A stretch of 64,000 nucleotides of DNA, from positions 17,538 to 81,537 of the IMG/VR virus record IMGVR_UViG_3300042563_002299, one strand, 5' to 3'. The notes under the pieces were generated by a model. The model worked only from the letters and a program-made list of their open reading frames with translations. It was not told where the DNA came from and ran no database searches. This DNA comes from a virus. Both the position numbers and the translations under genes were made by a program. Each line of letters opens with the position of its first letter. Position 1 is the stretch's first letter. Positions 1 to 7,671 of the stretch are shown here, piece after piece.

Positions 1-911
1 TGACCTCTTGCTGTTGGTTTTGACTCCAATAAATCTTCAAGGTTTGATCCTGTTGTAAGTATTGTCATTAAGAAGTCTTCTTTGGTCCCAATTGAGTTTT
101 TGATAAACGCTTCAGTTTCTCTTCTTTGTTCACCGGTAAAATTCAATAAAGTACCGTCCGATAGTTTCTTGAAGAAATCCAACTCTGTTTTAACGTTCCA
201 TTCACCTTTTTTGGATAACTTTCTTTCAATGTTTCTTACAATTACGTAATCCTCACCATCAATGGTAATTTCACCTTTAACGTGGACTTTGTCTTTATTT
301 GAAAATCGGTTGAAGATCTCCTCGGCTTTGGTCGTCTTTGTTGTTTCATTAAAGAACAAAAACATTAGGAGGTCAACGGTAAGAACCGTTTTCCCCCCAA
401 AGTTAGGTGGATCGGATTCAACCACCACAATTCCATTTAACTTATCAAAATCTAATCTTTGATTTTCACCGTATGATAAAAAGTTTGAGAACTCAATGTT
501 TCGAATATACCACTTCTTAAACTGAGCTTGGTTTTCTTCATCACCAGACATTCTGTTTTCAACCATTCTGTTGATACCTAACACATCTTCACTTTTATCC
601 TCATAACCTTTTGATTTAAGATAGTTGGTGATGAGGTCAAGTTGGTATTGTGGGTCAGAGATATTCACTGACACATCAATACTTTGCATGGATTCAGTTT
701 CAACGTTCTTCGTTTTAGTGAGAACATTAACATTGGTGGTATTATACTTCTTCGAGAAGTAATGTTTAACACTCTTGAGTTTGTCCTGTGTAAAGTTTTC
801 CGGTAAATCTTCCCATACAACTTGTATGATTGGGTTTTCATACATAGAAAAGTCCAAATCTTTTATCATGATATTGTAATTAAATGTTTTTGGTGGATTG
901 AATAAATCCAT
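1..911 (-). CDS. SbcC/Rad50-like (T4 gp46-like) recombination ATPase, 3'-truncated by the window edge
   Basis: Not in the ORF track; read by hand from ATG at 911: MDLFNPPKTFNYNIMIKDLDF...KWYIRNIEFSNFLSYGENQRLDFDKLNGIVVVESDPPNFGGKTVLTVDLLMFLFFNE. It has the SMC/Rad50 N-terminal strand (NFLSYGE), a Walker A-like NFGGKT, and an SbcD-like gene 1.3 kb upstream. Confidence 0.85.
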   Translation of the reverse strand, partial: MDLFNPPKTFNYNIMIKDLDFSMYENPIIQVVWEDLPENFTQDKLKSVKHYFSKKYNTTNVNVLTKTKNVETESMQSIDVSVNISDPQYQLDLITNYLKSKGYEDKSEDVLGINRMVENRMSGDEENQAQFKKWYIRNIEFSNFLSYGENQRLDFDKLNGIVVVESDPPNFGGKTVLTVDLLMFLFFNETTKTTKAEEIFNRFSNKDKVHVKGEITIDGEDYVIVRNIERKLSKKGEWNVKTELDFFKKLSDGTLLNFTGEQRRETEAFIKNSIGTKEDFLMTILTTGSNLEDLLESKPTARG

Positions 912-914
912 TTT

Positions 915-1211
915 TTATCCTTCTGTTTGTGGTTCTTCAACTACTTCAGATTCATCAAATTCTTTGTTAATTTTTGCGGATTCTTCAGGATTTGGCGTGA
1001 ATTTGAACGCATGTTCAACAATCTTTTCTTCAACTACACTCATATCTAATTGTTGTTCACCAACTTGAGCACTTAATTCTTCTTCTTTAAGTTTATTCAA
1101 TTGTTCTTGGATCAACATATCAAATGCCTTTTGCATTCCTGATTTTTTTTGTGCCAAAACCGAATTACGTTTCGCAACCTTTCTTCTGTGTTCTTTTGCT
1201 TTTTTACCCAT
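915..1211 (-). CDS. Hypothetical protein (basic N-terminus, acidic C-terminus)
   Basis: 98-aa ORF tightly packed between neighbours on the dominant strand. Confidence 0.7.
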   Translation of the reverse strand: MGKKAKEHRRKVAKRNSVLAQKKSGMQKAFDMLIQEQLNKLKEEELSAQVGEQQLDMSVVEEKIVEHAFKFTPNPEESAKINKEFDESEVVEEPQTEG

Positions 1212-1222
1212 TTTATTTGTTA

Positions 1223-1579
1223 TTAATTATTGTTATTTGGTCTATTTTCTTCAAACCACTCTACTACACCATTGATTGCCCATACAGCACCTGCTGACAA
1301 CATTCCATCAAAGAATATGGAAATATATCTATTAAGTCCAATAAATTCATGCCAAGGTGCGAACAATGTTAAGGACATAAAAAATCCTACCCAAGTTGAT
1401 GTACAAAGTATACATTGAATTAAACTATATATAAATTGAAATATCGATCTAAAAAGAACCCACCCAACATTTGGTTGAGCATTTTTATGTATCCAATTTC
1501 TTAATCCGTTAAAAATTGATCCGTAAACAAGAATGTTCGTCATTCCGTAAGCGGTAATCATCCACATTAAAACTATCAT
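1223..1579 (-). CDS. Small membrane protein, DUF1360-like
   Basis: Three hydrophobic segments and CILCTSTW (CxxCxSxW); ATGA overlap with the upstream gene. Confidence 0.6.
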   Translation of the reverse strand: MIVLMWMITAYGMTNILVYGSIFNGLRNWIHKNAQPNVGWVLFRSIFQFIYSLIQCILCTSTWVGFFMSLTLFAPWHEFIGLNRYISIFFDGMLSAGAVWAINGVVEWFEENRPNNNN

Positions 1580-2277
1580 ATTCGTCTATTTAAATTTGAT
1601 CCCCTCATAAGATAACCCTGATTTTGATTACCATTAATAAGTTCTCGGTTTATTTTTTCCAATTCTTTTATTTGTTCGTTCTTTTGTTGTAACTCACCTC
1701 TCAAGTTTTGGAGTGTTTCTTGTAACATATTTGTCTTATTATTTGTTACGAGAATGTCTAAATTATGTCTAAGTTCATCTAACTCTTCATCCTTTTTAGA
1801 CATTTTATTTTGGAAAATATTTTCCATTTCTTCCGTTTTAGTGGAAAATTCTTCTCTAATTCTGTCAATTTCAAGGGTCTTAGTGGAAATTTCTCCGTTT
1901 AACTGGTCTATTTTTAACAATAGTTCATTAACTTGAGTATCATCAGAGGTATAGATTATTTTCTCAACCTCTTTGATGACTTCAACAGGTACTTCCACCC
2001 GTATTTCTCGGATTACTTCAATTTCCACCCATTTTTCTTGGTCCCCACCCGTTTTTCTTGAATCACTTAAGTCTTTTTCACCTTCATTGTCGGTTTTTAA
2101 GTCTTTTTCATCTTCATTAAGTGTTTTTCCCAAAAGACCGTACTTCTTAATATCAAAACCTTGCTTGAAGCATAGGTACATGAAATTATCCACATCCTTT
2201 ATTCCTTTGGATTCACATAATGCAGACACTGCCTGCATTGTTTCTCTATTAAATATTTTGGAGTTTTTCGGTTCCAT
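1576..2277 (-). CDS. Coiled-coil protein with VEVPVEVIKEVEK low-complexity stretch
   Basis: Long heptad-rich C-terminal half; start codon uncertain (2292, 2277 or 2238). Confidence 0.65.
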   Translation of the reverse strand: MEPKNSKIFNRETMQAVSALCESKGIKDVDNFMYLCFKQGFDIKKYGLLGKTLNEDEKDLKTDNEGEKDLSDSRKTGGDQEKWVEIEVIREIRVEVPVEVIKEVEKIIYTSDDTQVNELLLKIDQLNGEISTKTLEIDRIREEFSTKTEEMENIFQNKMSKKDEELDELRHNLDILVTNNKTNMLQETLQNLRGELQQKNEQIKELEKINRELINGNQNQGYLMRGSNLNRRI

Positions 2278-3028
2278 TCTCAATATCTTCAAATGATTTT
2301 ATGGAGAACTTCATAAATGGTTTTGGGTTTGGTAAATCAACATAAGAATACTCTTTTGATTCAACATCATATATCCCATATCCGTGTCTTCCAATACTCT
2401 CACCAATATTTTGTTGGATTGGACTTCCGATCATATATCCCTTACCGGTCTTGAACTTGAACTCTTGTCGTTTGTGGATATCCCCACACAATACGGCTTC
2501 CAACCCATTAAACTTTTCAACATCATATGCTTCCTCACCAAAATCAAAACCAAGATCAGTTTTCATCCCTTGAATTGCTCCGTGAAATAAACCAATTCTT
2601 TTACCTTTTGATTCGGTAATGTCGGGTGGAATATTTCCTTGATATTGTGAATACACACACCAACTAATATTCTCATCCTCATACACACCTCTATCTCGGT
2701 AATACACAATATCCTCATTCCTCAAAGAATTAATAATAGGAGTAAGAGCATCTAATCTTTCGGTATTGTTTACCAAAAAGTCGTGGTTACCAGGTATAAT
2801 AACGGTTTTAGCAATGAATGAACATTCAGTTAAAATCCAAGCAACAATCTCAATAAGTTCAGGTGTCATTTGATTTTTGGAATGAACAAGATCACCGGTG
2901 AACACAATTCGATCTGGTTCCAACTCTTTCCATTGATCAATGGCTGTTTCCAAAATTGATTTATACAAATCGTGGTCTTTAAAAAGACGGATATGTAAGT
3001 CTGAAAAGTGTATAAGTTTCTTAATCAT
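2249..3028 (-). CDS. SbcD/Mre11-like metallophosphoesterase nuclease (T4 gp47-like)
   Basis: Motifs HFSDLH, TGDLVH, PGNHD, FHG, CGDIHK, GSP. Confidence 0.9.
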   Translation of the reverse strand: MIKKLIHFSDLHIRLFKDHDLYKSILETAIDQWKELEPDRIVFTGDLVHSKNQMTPELIEIVAWILTECSFIAKTVIIPGNHDFLVNNTERLDALTPIINSLRNEDIVYYRDRGVYEDENISWCVYSQYQGNIPPDITESKGKRIGLFHGAIQGMKTDLGFDFGEEAYDVEKFNGLEAVLCGDIHKRQEFKFKTGKGYMIGSPIQQNIGESIGRHGYGIYDVESKEYSYVDLPNPKPFMKFSIKSFEDIENGTEKLQNI

Positions 3029-3284
3029 TTAATTGTGTTTTGTCTCCGCAATATACTTCGTATGGTGGTCTGTATGGATCATCTTTTACCGGAAATGGTG
3101 GATTTACAGGAAATGGGTTTACAGGGATTGGTATTATGGAAGGGTCAAACATACCATTTTTGTTTACTTCTTTAACCTCTTTCATCTTTTCTTGGATGGT
3201 CTCAATATCTACTTGTGTAAAGTCAGTCCAATTTCTGTTGGTCATAAAACCATCTAACCAAAAATAAAATTCTTTGTGTGTCAT
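3021..3284 (-). CDS. Hypothetical protein
   Basis: Likely start MTHKEFYFWLDGF at 3284; Pro-rich PVNPFPVNPPFP C-terminus. Confidence 0.65.
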   Translation of the reverse strand: MTHKEFYFWLDGFMTNRNWTDFTQVDIETIQEKMKEVKEVNKNGMFDPSIIPIPVNPFPVNPPFPVKDDPYRPPYEVYCGDKTQLND

Positions 3285-3288
3285 ATTT

Positions 3289-3507
3289 TTAGTCAATGAA
3301 TAATTCAAAGTCAGCGTTAACGTGACCACACTCATTACACATATAAGTTGGGAATGGTACAATCGTGTCTTCATGACTTCCTGTTAATAATGCCGGTACT
3401 TTTTTGATCATAGTTACTTCTTTGAAGAACTTTGAGTCACATTTTTCACACTTGATAGTTTGTTGTTCTTTCAAGTTAATTTTTGGTCTGATGATATCGT
3501 CGCTCAT
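3289..3507 (-). CDS. Small zinc-ribbon protein
   Basis: CEKC...CNECGH Cys pairs. Confidence 0.75.
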   Translation of the reverse strand: MSDDIIRPKINLKEQQTIKCEKCDSKFFKEVTMIKKVPALLTGSHEDTIVPFPTYMCNECGHVNADFELFID

Positions 3508-3593
3508 TTTATTATATAATTTACGTTTATTTTAATTGTTGTTGTGTCCCAACTGGTATTAGTATACCAAATTGGCGTAATTGTTGCTTCCAT
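3504..3593 (-). CDS. Possible 29-aa micro-protein
   Basis: MEATITPIWYTNTSWDTTTIKINVNYIIK*; fills the gap, and its TGA overlaps the next ATG (ATGA). Confidence 0.45.
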   Translation of the reverse strand: MEATITPIWYTNTSWDTTTIKINVNYIIK

Positions 3594-3606
3594 ACTCAAT
3601 AATAGT

Positions 3607-4470
3607 TTATTTCTTAAGTTTAGTCAAATATTGTTTTATATCCATATCTAAGATTGTGTTCATAGTTTTTTTAGATACTCTATATTCGTGATACTCCCTT
3701 TCATCTGTAATCAAAACGACGATACACCCTAAAAGTTGTATATCCTCATATTTTGATCCCTCCAACATTTTTAAAAGTAACCTACCATAAAAAGGTAATT
3801 GAGTATTGTAGTGACCTAAAGCATTATCAGGTAAATCTTCAAATGGTTTTTTCATTTTTTTAGTATAACGAGTAACCGCAAAGTTCTTCGGCTTATTTGA
3901 TTTCCAATCTGTTATAAGAATACCGATGTTACCATTTGTACCAATTACCAACCAAACCTTATCGGGTTGACCTGTATATTCAAGATCAGGATGCCCTAAA
4001 ACCATCTCCGTATCAATCAGTTCACATCCTCTTTCTTTGAGAAGTTCAATGTAATGTTTACCAGCCATGATCATCGTATCACTTTTGATGATCTGTTCTG
4101 CGTCACAATCAAATATTGGTTGACGAACAACTTTATTGATCCCAAATTCTTTAAGTGTATGTTCTTCCAAAAAGAAGTGACAACGAGACCCCAAGTTTGT
4201 TGATTTCCTACCTAATTCCGCCCATTCTTCCATTAATCTTTCGGCTTCATCAGGATCACCACCAGCTTTACTATAGGCGGCTTGTTCGGTTGGGAAGTCA
4301 TCGTAGAATATCTTCATCACTTTGGATACTGATGGGAAGTCCGATCGTAAATTACCGTTCTTATCCAACATAGTATATTTATGACTTTCCTCCTCAAAGG
4401 TGAGTTGGAATTCTTTTTGTTTCTCAGAAATAATATCCCTTATTTCTTGTGCTATTTTTTTTAAATCCAT
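3607..4470 (-). CDS. PD-(D/E)XK (RecB/lambda-exo-like) nuclease
   Basis: F.EE.H.Y N-terminus, SVS, GSRCH, GQPD...TDWKS, HYNTQLPFY. Confidence 0.8.
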   Translation of the reverse strand: MDLKKIAQEIRDIISEKQKEFQLTFEEESHKYTMLDKNGNLRSDFPSVSKVMKIFYDDFPTEQAAYSKAGGDPDEAERLMEEWAELGRKSTNLGSRCHFFLEEHTLKEFGINKVVRQPIFDCDAEQIIKSDTMIMAGKHYIELLKERGCELIDTEMVLGHPDLEYTGQPDKVWLVIGTNGNIGILITDWKSNKPKNFAVTRYTKKMKKPFEDLPDNALGHYNTQLPFYGRLLLKMLEGSKYEDIQLLGCIVVLITDEREYHEYRVSKKTMNTILDMDIKQYLTKLKK

Positions 4471-5369
4471 TATTTTATTATATGATAATATTCATCTTTT
4501 ATTTCACCCCTTAGATCGGCAATATCTTTCTCGTCGGGTAATTTTATTAACTTTATTCTACCCCATAGTTCACCACCATTCAATTCGTGATAAAGTTTAA
4601 CAGAGTTCCCCCAAGCATCGGCATCCAAACATATTATGATATTTCCTTTAGCGTTGCGATATATTGTCTCAAACAAAAGTTCTGACATATGTTTACCTAA
4701 CATTGGTATAGGATTATTTAAAAACAATCCATCAAAAGCACCTTCAACCAAATAAACATCTTTCTTCCAATCAATTAAATTTTCCCAAAATATAATTTTG
4801 TCTTTTTCGGCTTCAGGGTTCTTATATTTTGCTCGGGACATCGGGTTCCAACTCCTTGCAATATAGTAGTTCAACTCACCTTTTTTATCGTATGATGGGA
4901 TCACAATACGTCCAGCGTGGTCTCCTTTATCACAAAACCCAATCCCAAATCTTTCAATCATTTCATCGGTAATTCCACGACTTTTGAGGTAATTCATTGC
5001 CTGTCGTCTAACAGGATATACCGTACTTGAGTCCTTGAATAAGGTAAATCCTTCAGGTAATCTGAGTGTTTTTTTCTTTTTTTCTCGTTTTACAACTGTT
5101 TCTGGTTTGAAAACCTCATAAAGTTTCTTTTGTTTCTTGTTTCCGTATTTGTCAAATATCCTACCCAAAGGTCCGTGTGTACCCTCACTATCACCGCAAG
5201 ACCAACACTTATAAACATTGTCTATATAATTGACCTCCAAATTGTGTTTATCCCTCCCATCGTCACATACGGGGCAGTTGAAGGATATTTGTCCACGATT
5301 GGGGTAGTGAAGTCCGTGATCACCAAGAACATCTTCCAATAACTCAACTAAAGCATCATTTTCATCCAT
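4470..5369 (-). CDS. DNA primase (Zn finger + TOPRIM)
   Basis: CPVC...CWSC, YLKSRGI, RIVIP, KYKNP, VEGAFD, LDADA, KDIAD. Confidence 0.92.
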   Translation of the reverse strand: MDENDALVELLEDVLGDHGLHYPNRGQISFNCPVCDDGRDKHNLEVNYIDNVYKCWSCGDSEGTHGPLGRIFDKYGNKKQKKLYEVFKPETVVKREKKKKTLRLPEGFTLFKDSSTVYPVRRQAMNYLKSRGITDEMIERFGIGFCDKGDHAGRIVIPSYDKKGELNYYIARSWNPMSRAKYKNPEAEKDKIIFWENLIDWKKDVYLVEGAFDGLFLNNPIPMLGKHMSELLFETIYRNAKGNIIICLDADAWGNSVKLYHELNGGELWGRIKLIKLPDEKDIADLRGEIKDEYYHIIK

Positions 5370-5377
5370 CTCCTATA

Positions 5378-5406
5378 ATATAAACATAAACTTTCAATAC
5401 ATCAAC
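5378..5406 (-). promoter_or_regulatory. Sigma70-like promoter for the primase operon
   Basis: TTGATG-N17-TATATT on the minus strand just upstream of the primase ATG. Confidence 0.45.
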
Positions 5407-5444
5407 TACACAAACTTTTGAGTTCTTTTATATTTATTAATGAT

Positions 5445-5666
5445 ATGCCAACACAAATCACTATTTCAACTTTAACAGGGGCTCAACCATTTGACGTTTA
5501 TTCTTGCGATGACACATACGACAATTGTATATACGTAGCAACAATCACATCAGGTCAGGTTCCCTATAATTTTGATTTACCTTTTATTCAAGAAGGTATG
5601 TCTTCAGTTGGAATAAAAGTGGTCGATAATAATGGTTGTATTGAGGAGTCTAATGTTGTAATATAA
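5445..5666 (+). CDS. Small Cys-containing beta-rich virion protein, paralogue of 15509-15805
   Basis: MPTQITI...PFDVYSCDDTYDNCIYV...P..F.LP...DNNGC; TATTTAT 7 nt upstream of ATG 5445. Confidence 0.7.
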   Translation: MPTQITISTLTGAQPFDVYSCDDTYDNCIYVATITSGQVPYNFDLPFIQEGMSSVGIKVVDNNGCIEESNVVI

Positions 5667-5667
5667 T

Positions 5668-6954
5668 ATGTGTCTTAATTTAGGTCTTTGGGTTTATAGT
5701 GGTACTTCGGTTGGTTTATGTAATGAAACACCAAACTTAACTTTATACGGTAATAATGTATTTTCTGCAGAGCCGGTATTCAGTGGTTCAGGATGTAATA
5801 ATCCTGCGGATTTGATTGCAACAGGATTTTATTCAAATGGTAATTTAACTTTTGAATTTTCATTTTTATTCGGACAATATTATGTAAGTGGTATTTCAGG
5901 TTGTACGACTGGTGGTGATTTATATTGTATACAAAATGAACCAGGTTATAATGACACATATTTACTAGTTGGTGTTCAGGATGATTACCCACTCTACACA
6001 TCTGTAACCAATAATACGTGTATTTATTATTCAACAGTAGAAACAAGATGGTGTTTAGCAAGTAGTGTTGGATCTCCGTGTGTTCAATTTGGTCCTTTTG
6101 CAAGCACAAGTTCGGAGCCAGATTTTGATATAACTGTTGGGTATCCAGGTTTATGCGTAACACCCCCAGCACCACCTGTAGACCCGTGTTTAACAATTGA
6201 TTTTGATGCAATTTTTGATTGTTTAGTTCCAGTATCACCAACACCAACACCTACTATTTCAGTAACACCAACACCAACACCAACTCCATCAGCATCTAAT
6301 CCATGTGGTGGTGTTTCAATGACTGTAACTTCGAGTGGTTACACTCCAACACCAACCCCAACAATGACACCAACACCAACACCTTCACCACAGGTTACGA
6401 GACCTTGTAATTTTTCAGGTGAGGTAATATTCAACGCATTTACCGAATACTTACAATGTGGTAATAGTAAAAAATTCAAAGATTGTTTTACGGGTATCGA
6501 TTATTACACATCAGATGTTGTTTTAGTCTCAGGGACGACGTTACCGACAGAAGGTTATGTCTATAATTCGGTGATTAACGGACAAGGTTATTGTGTTATA
6601 TATGAAGGTACGGTTGATAATATAAGTGGTGTTGATAATATTACATTAACAAATGAGATCGGATCTTACGTTGATGGAGCGTGTTTAGATTGTTTACCAA
6701 ACCTAACCGCAACTCCTACCCCTACACCGACATCAACACCAACTCCAACTCCGAGTTTATCACCTTGTGTTAGTTTATCATACAGAATAACTAATGAAAG
6801 CCCCGCACCAATTAAATTTGATTATACCAATTGTAATGGATCTCAATCTCAAAATTTACCTGGGTTCTCTTCAATCATTATTTGTGCTTCGGTTATACCA
6901 ACAACAACATCACCTAACATACAGATAGATCCTTTAGGTTCAACTTGTCTATAA
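5668..6954 (+). CDS. Cys-rich, Pro-Thr-repeat putative virion surface protein
   Basis: 428 aa, about 22 Cys, three (PT)n tracts. Confidence 0.75.
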   Translation: MCLNLGLWVYSGTSVGLCNETPNLTLYGNNVFSAEPVFSGSGCNNPADLIATGFYSNGNLTFEFSFLFGQYYVSGISGCTTGGDLYCIQNEPGYNDTYLLVGVQDDYPLYTSVTNNTCIYYSTVETRWCLASSVGSPCVQFGPFASTSSEPDFDITVGYPGLCVTPPAPPVDPCLTIDFDAIFDCLVPVSPTPTPTISVTPTPTPTPSASNPCGGVSMTVTSSGYTPTPTPTMTPTPTPSPQVTRPCNFSGEVIFNAFTEYLQCGNSKKFKDCFTGIDYYTSDVVLVSGTTLPTEGYVYNSVINGQGYCVIYEGTVDNISGVDNITLTNEIGSYVDGACLDCLPNLTATPTPTPTSTPTPTPSLSPCVSLSYRITNESPAPIKFDYTNCNGSQSQNLPGFSSIIICASVIPTTTSPNIQIDPLGSTCL

Positions 6955-7009
6955 AAAAAAATATCACCTAAAAAGACGATATTTCCAATTATCGGTATTT
7001 TACCCGATA

Positions 7010-7618
7010 TTAACTCCAAATCTCTTTTAATCTCATAAATCCTAATACACAACTATAAGCATCTGTTTGATCGAAATTTTCTTTCTTAAGTGTGTTATTT
7101 TTGGTGTATAACCATTTAATTTGAGGTTCTCTTTTTGCGACTTTTTCCCAAATAACCATTTTCTTATCAATGTCTTTTGGTAGTCCACCAAACAATACAA
7201 ATTTTTTCTTATCGTTCTCTTGTACCAAATCAGGAAAAGCAAACTTTCTTGAGTTATATGTTGAAATGAATTCAGGTACAATTCCTAATATATTATATAT
7301 TTCTTTGAAGATAAAACTATTGAATCTTAATAATGTTTGGATTGTATATATATTATTAGAGTTAAGTAATGGTTCTTCAATTACAACTCTGACGATTCCA
7401 AGATCTTTGTATTCTTTTAATTTTTCGGCAAAAACTTCGGACTTTAGAATTAACTCTTTAAGTTTGTCATCTTCATTTTTATCCATCTTTGGTCTCGGTG
7501 AAATGTGAGTAAGTTCCAACAATTCTTGTGTCTTTATATCGAATAGTGCCCAACCGATTGTTCTTGTAGAAACGTCCAAACCTAACACTTTGGGTGAATT
7601 TTTTAAATTTTTTGCCAT
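7010..7618 (-). CDS. RuvC-like Holliday junction resolvase
   Basis: VLGLDVSTRTIGWA, VVIEEP and DQTDAY acidic catalytic motifs. Confidence 0.8.
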   Translation of the reverse strand: MAKNLKNSPKVLGLDVSTRTIGWALFDIKTQELLELTHISPRPKMDKNEDDKLKELILKSEVFAEKLKEYKDLGIVRVVIEEPLLNSNNIYTIQTLLRFNSFIFKEIYNILGIVPEFISTYNSRKFAFPDLVQENDKKKFVLFGGLPKDIDKKMVIWEKVAKREPQIKWLYTKNNTLKKENFDQTDAYSCVLGFMRLKEIWS

Positions 7619-7671
7619 AAACAATAATGTTTTATATTATAATAAACTAAAACAATAAAAATTGTAGTTTT

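Noticed and set aside
3607-4470. Cas4/CRISPR-associated nuclease
   Set aside because: No four-Cys Fe-S cluster pattern, and no CRISPR array or cas genes in the window; ordinary PD-(D/E)XK nuclease.
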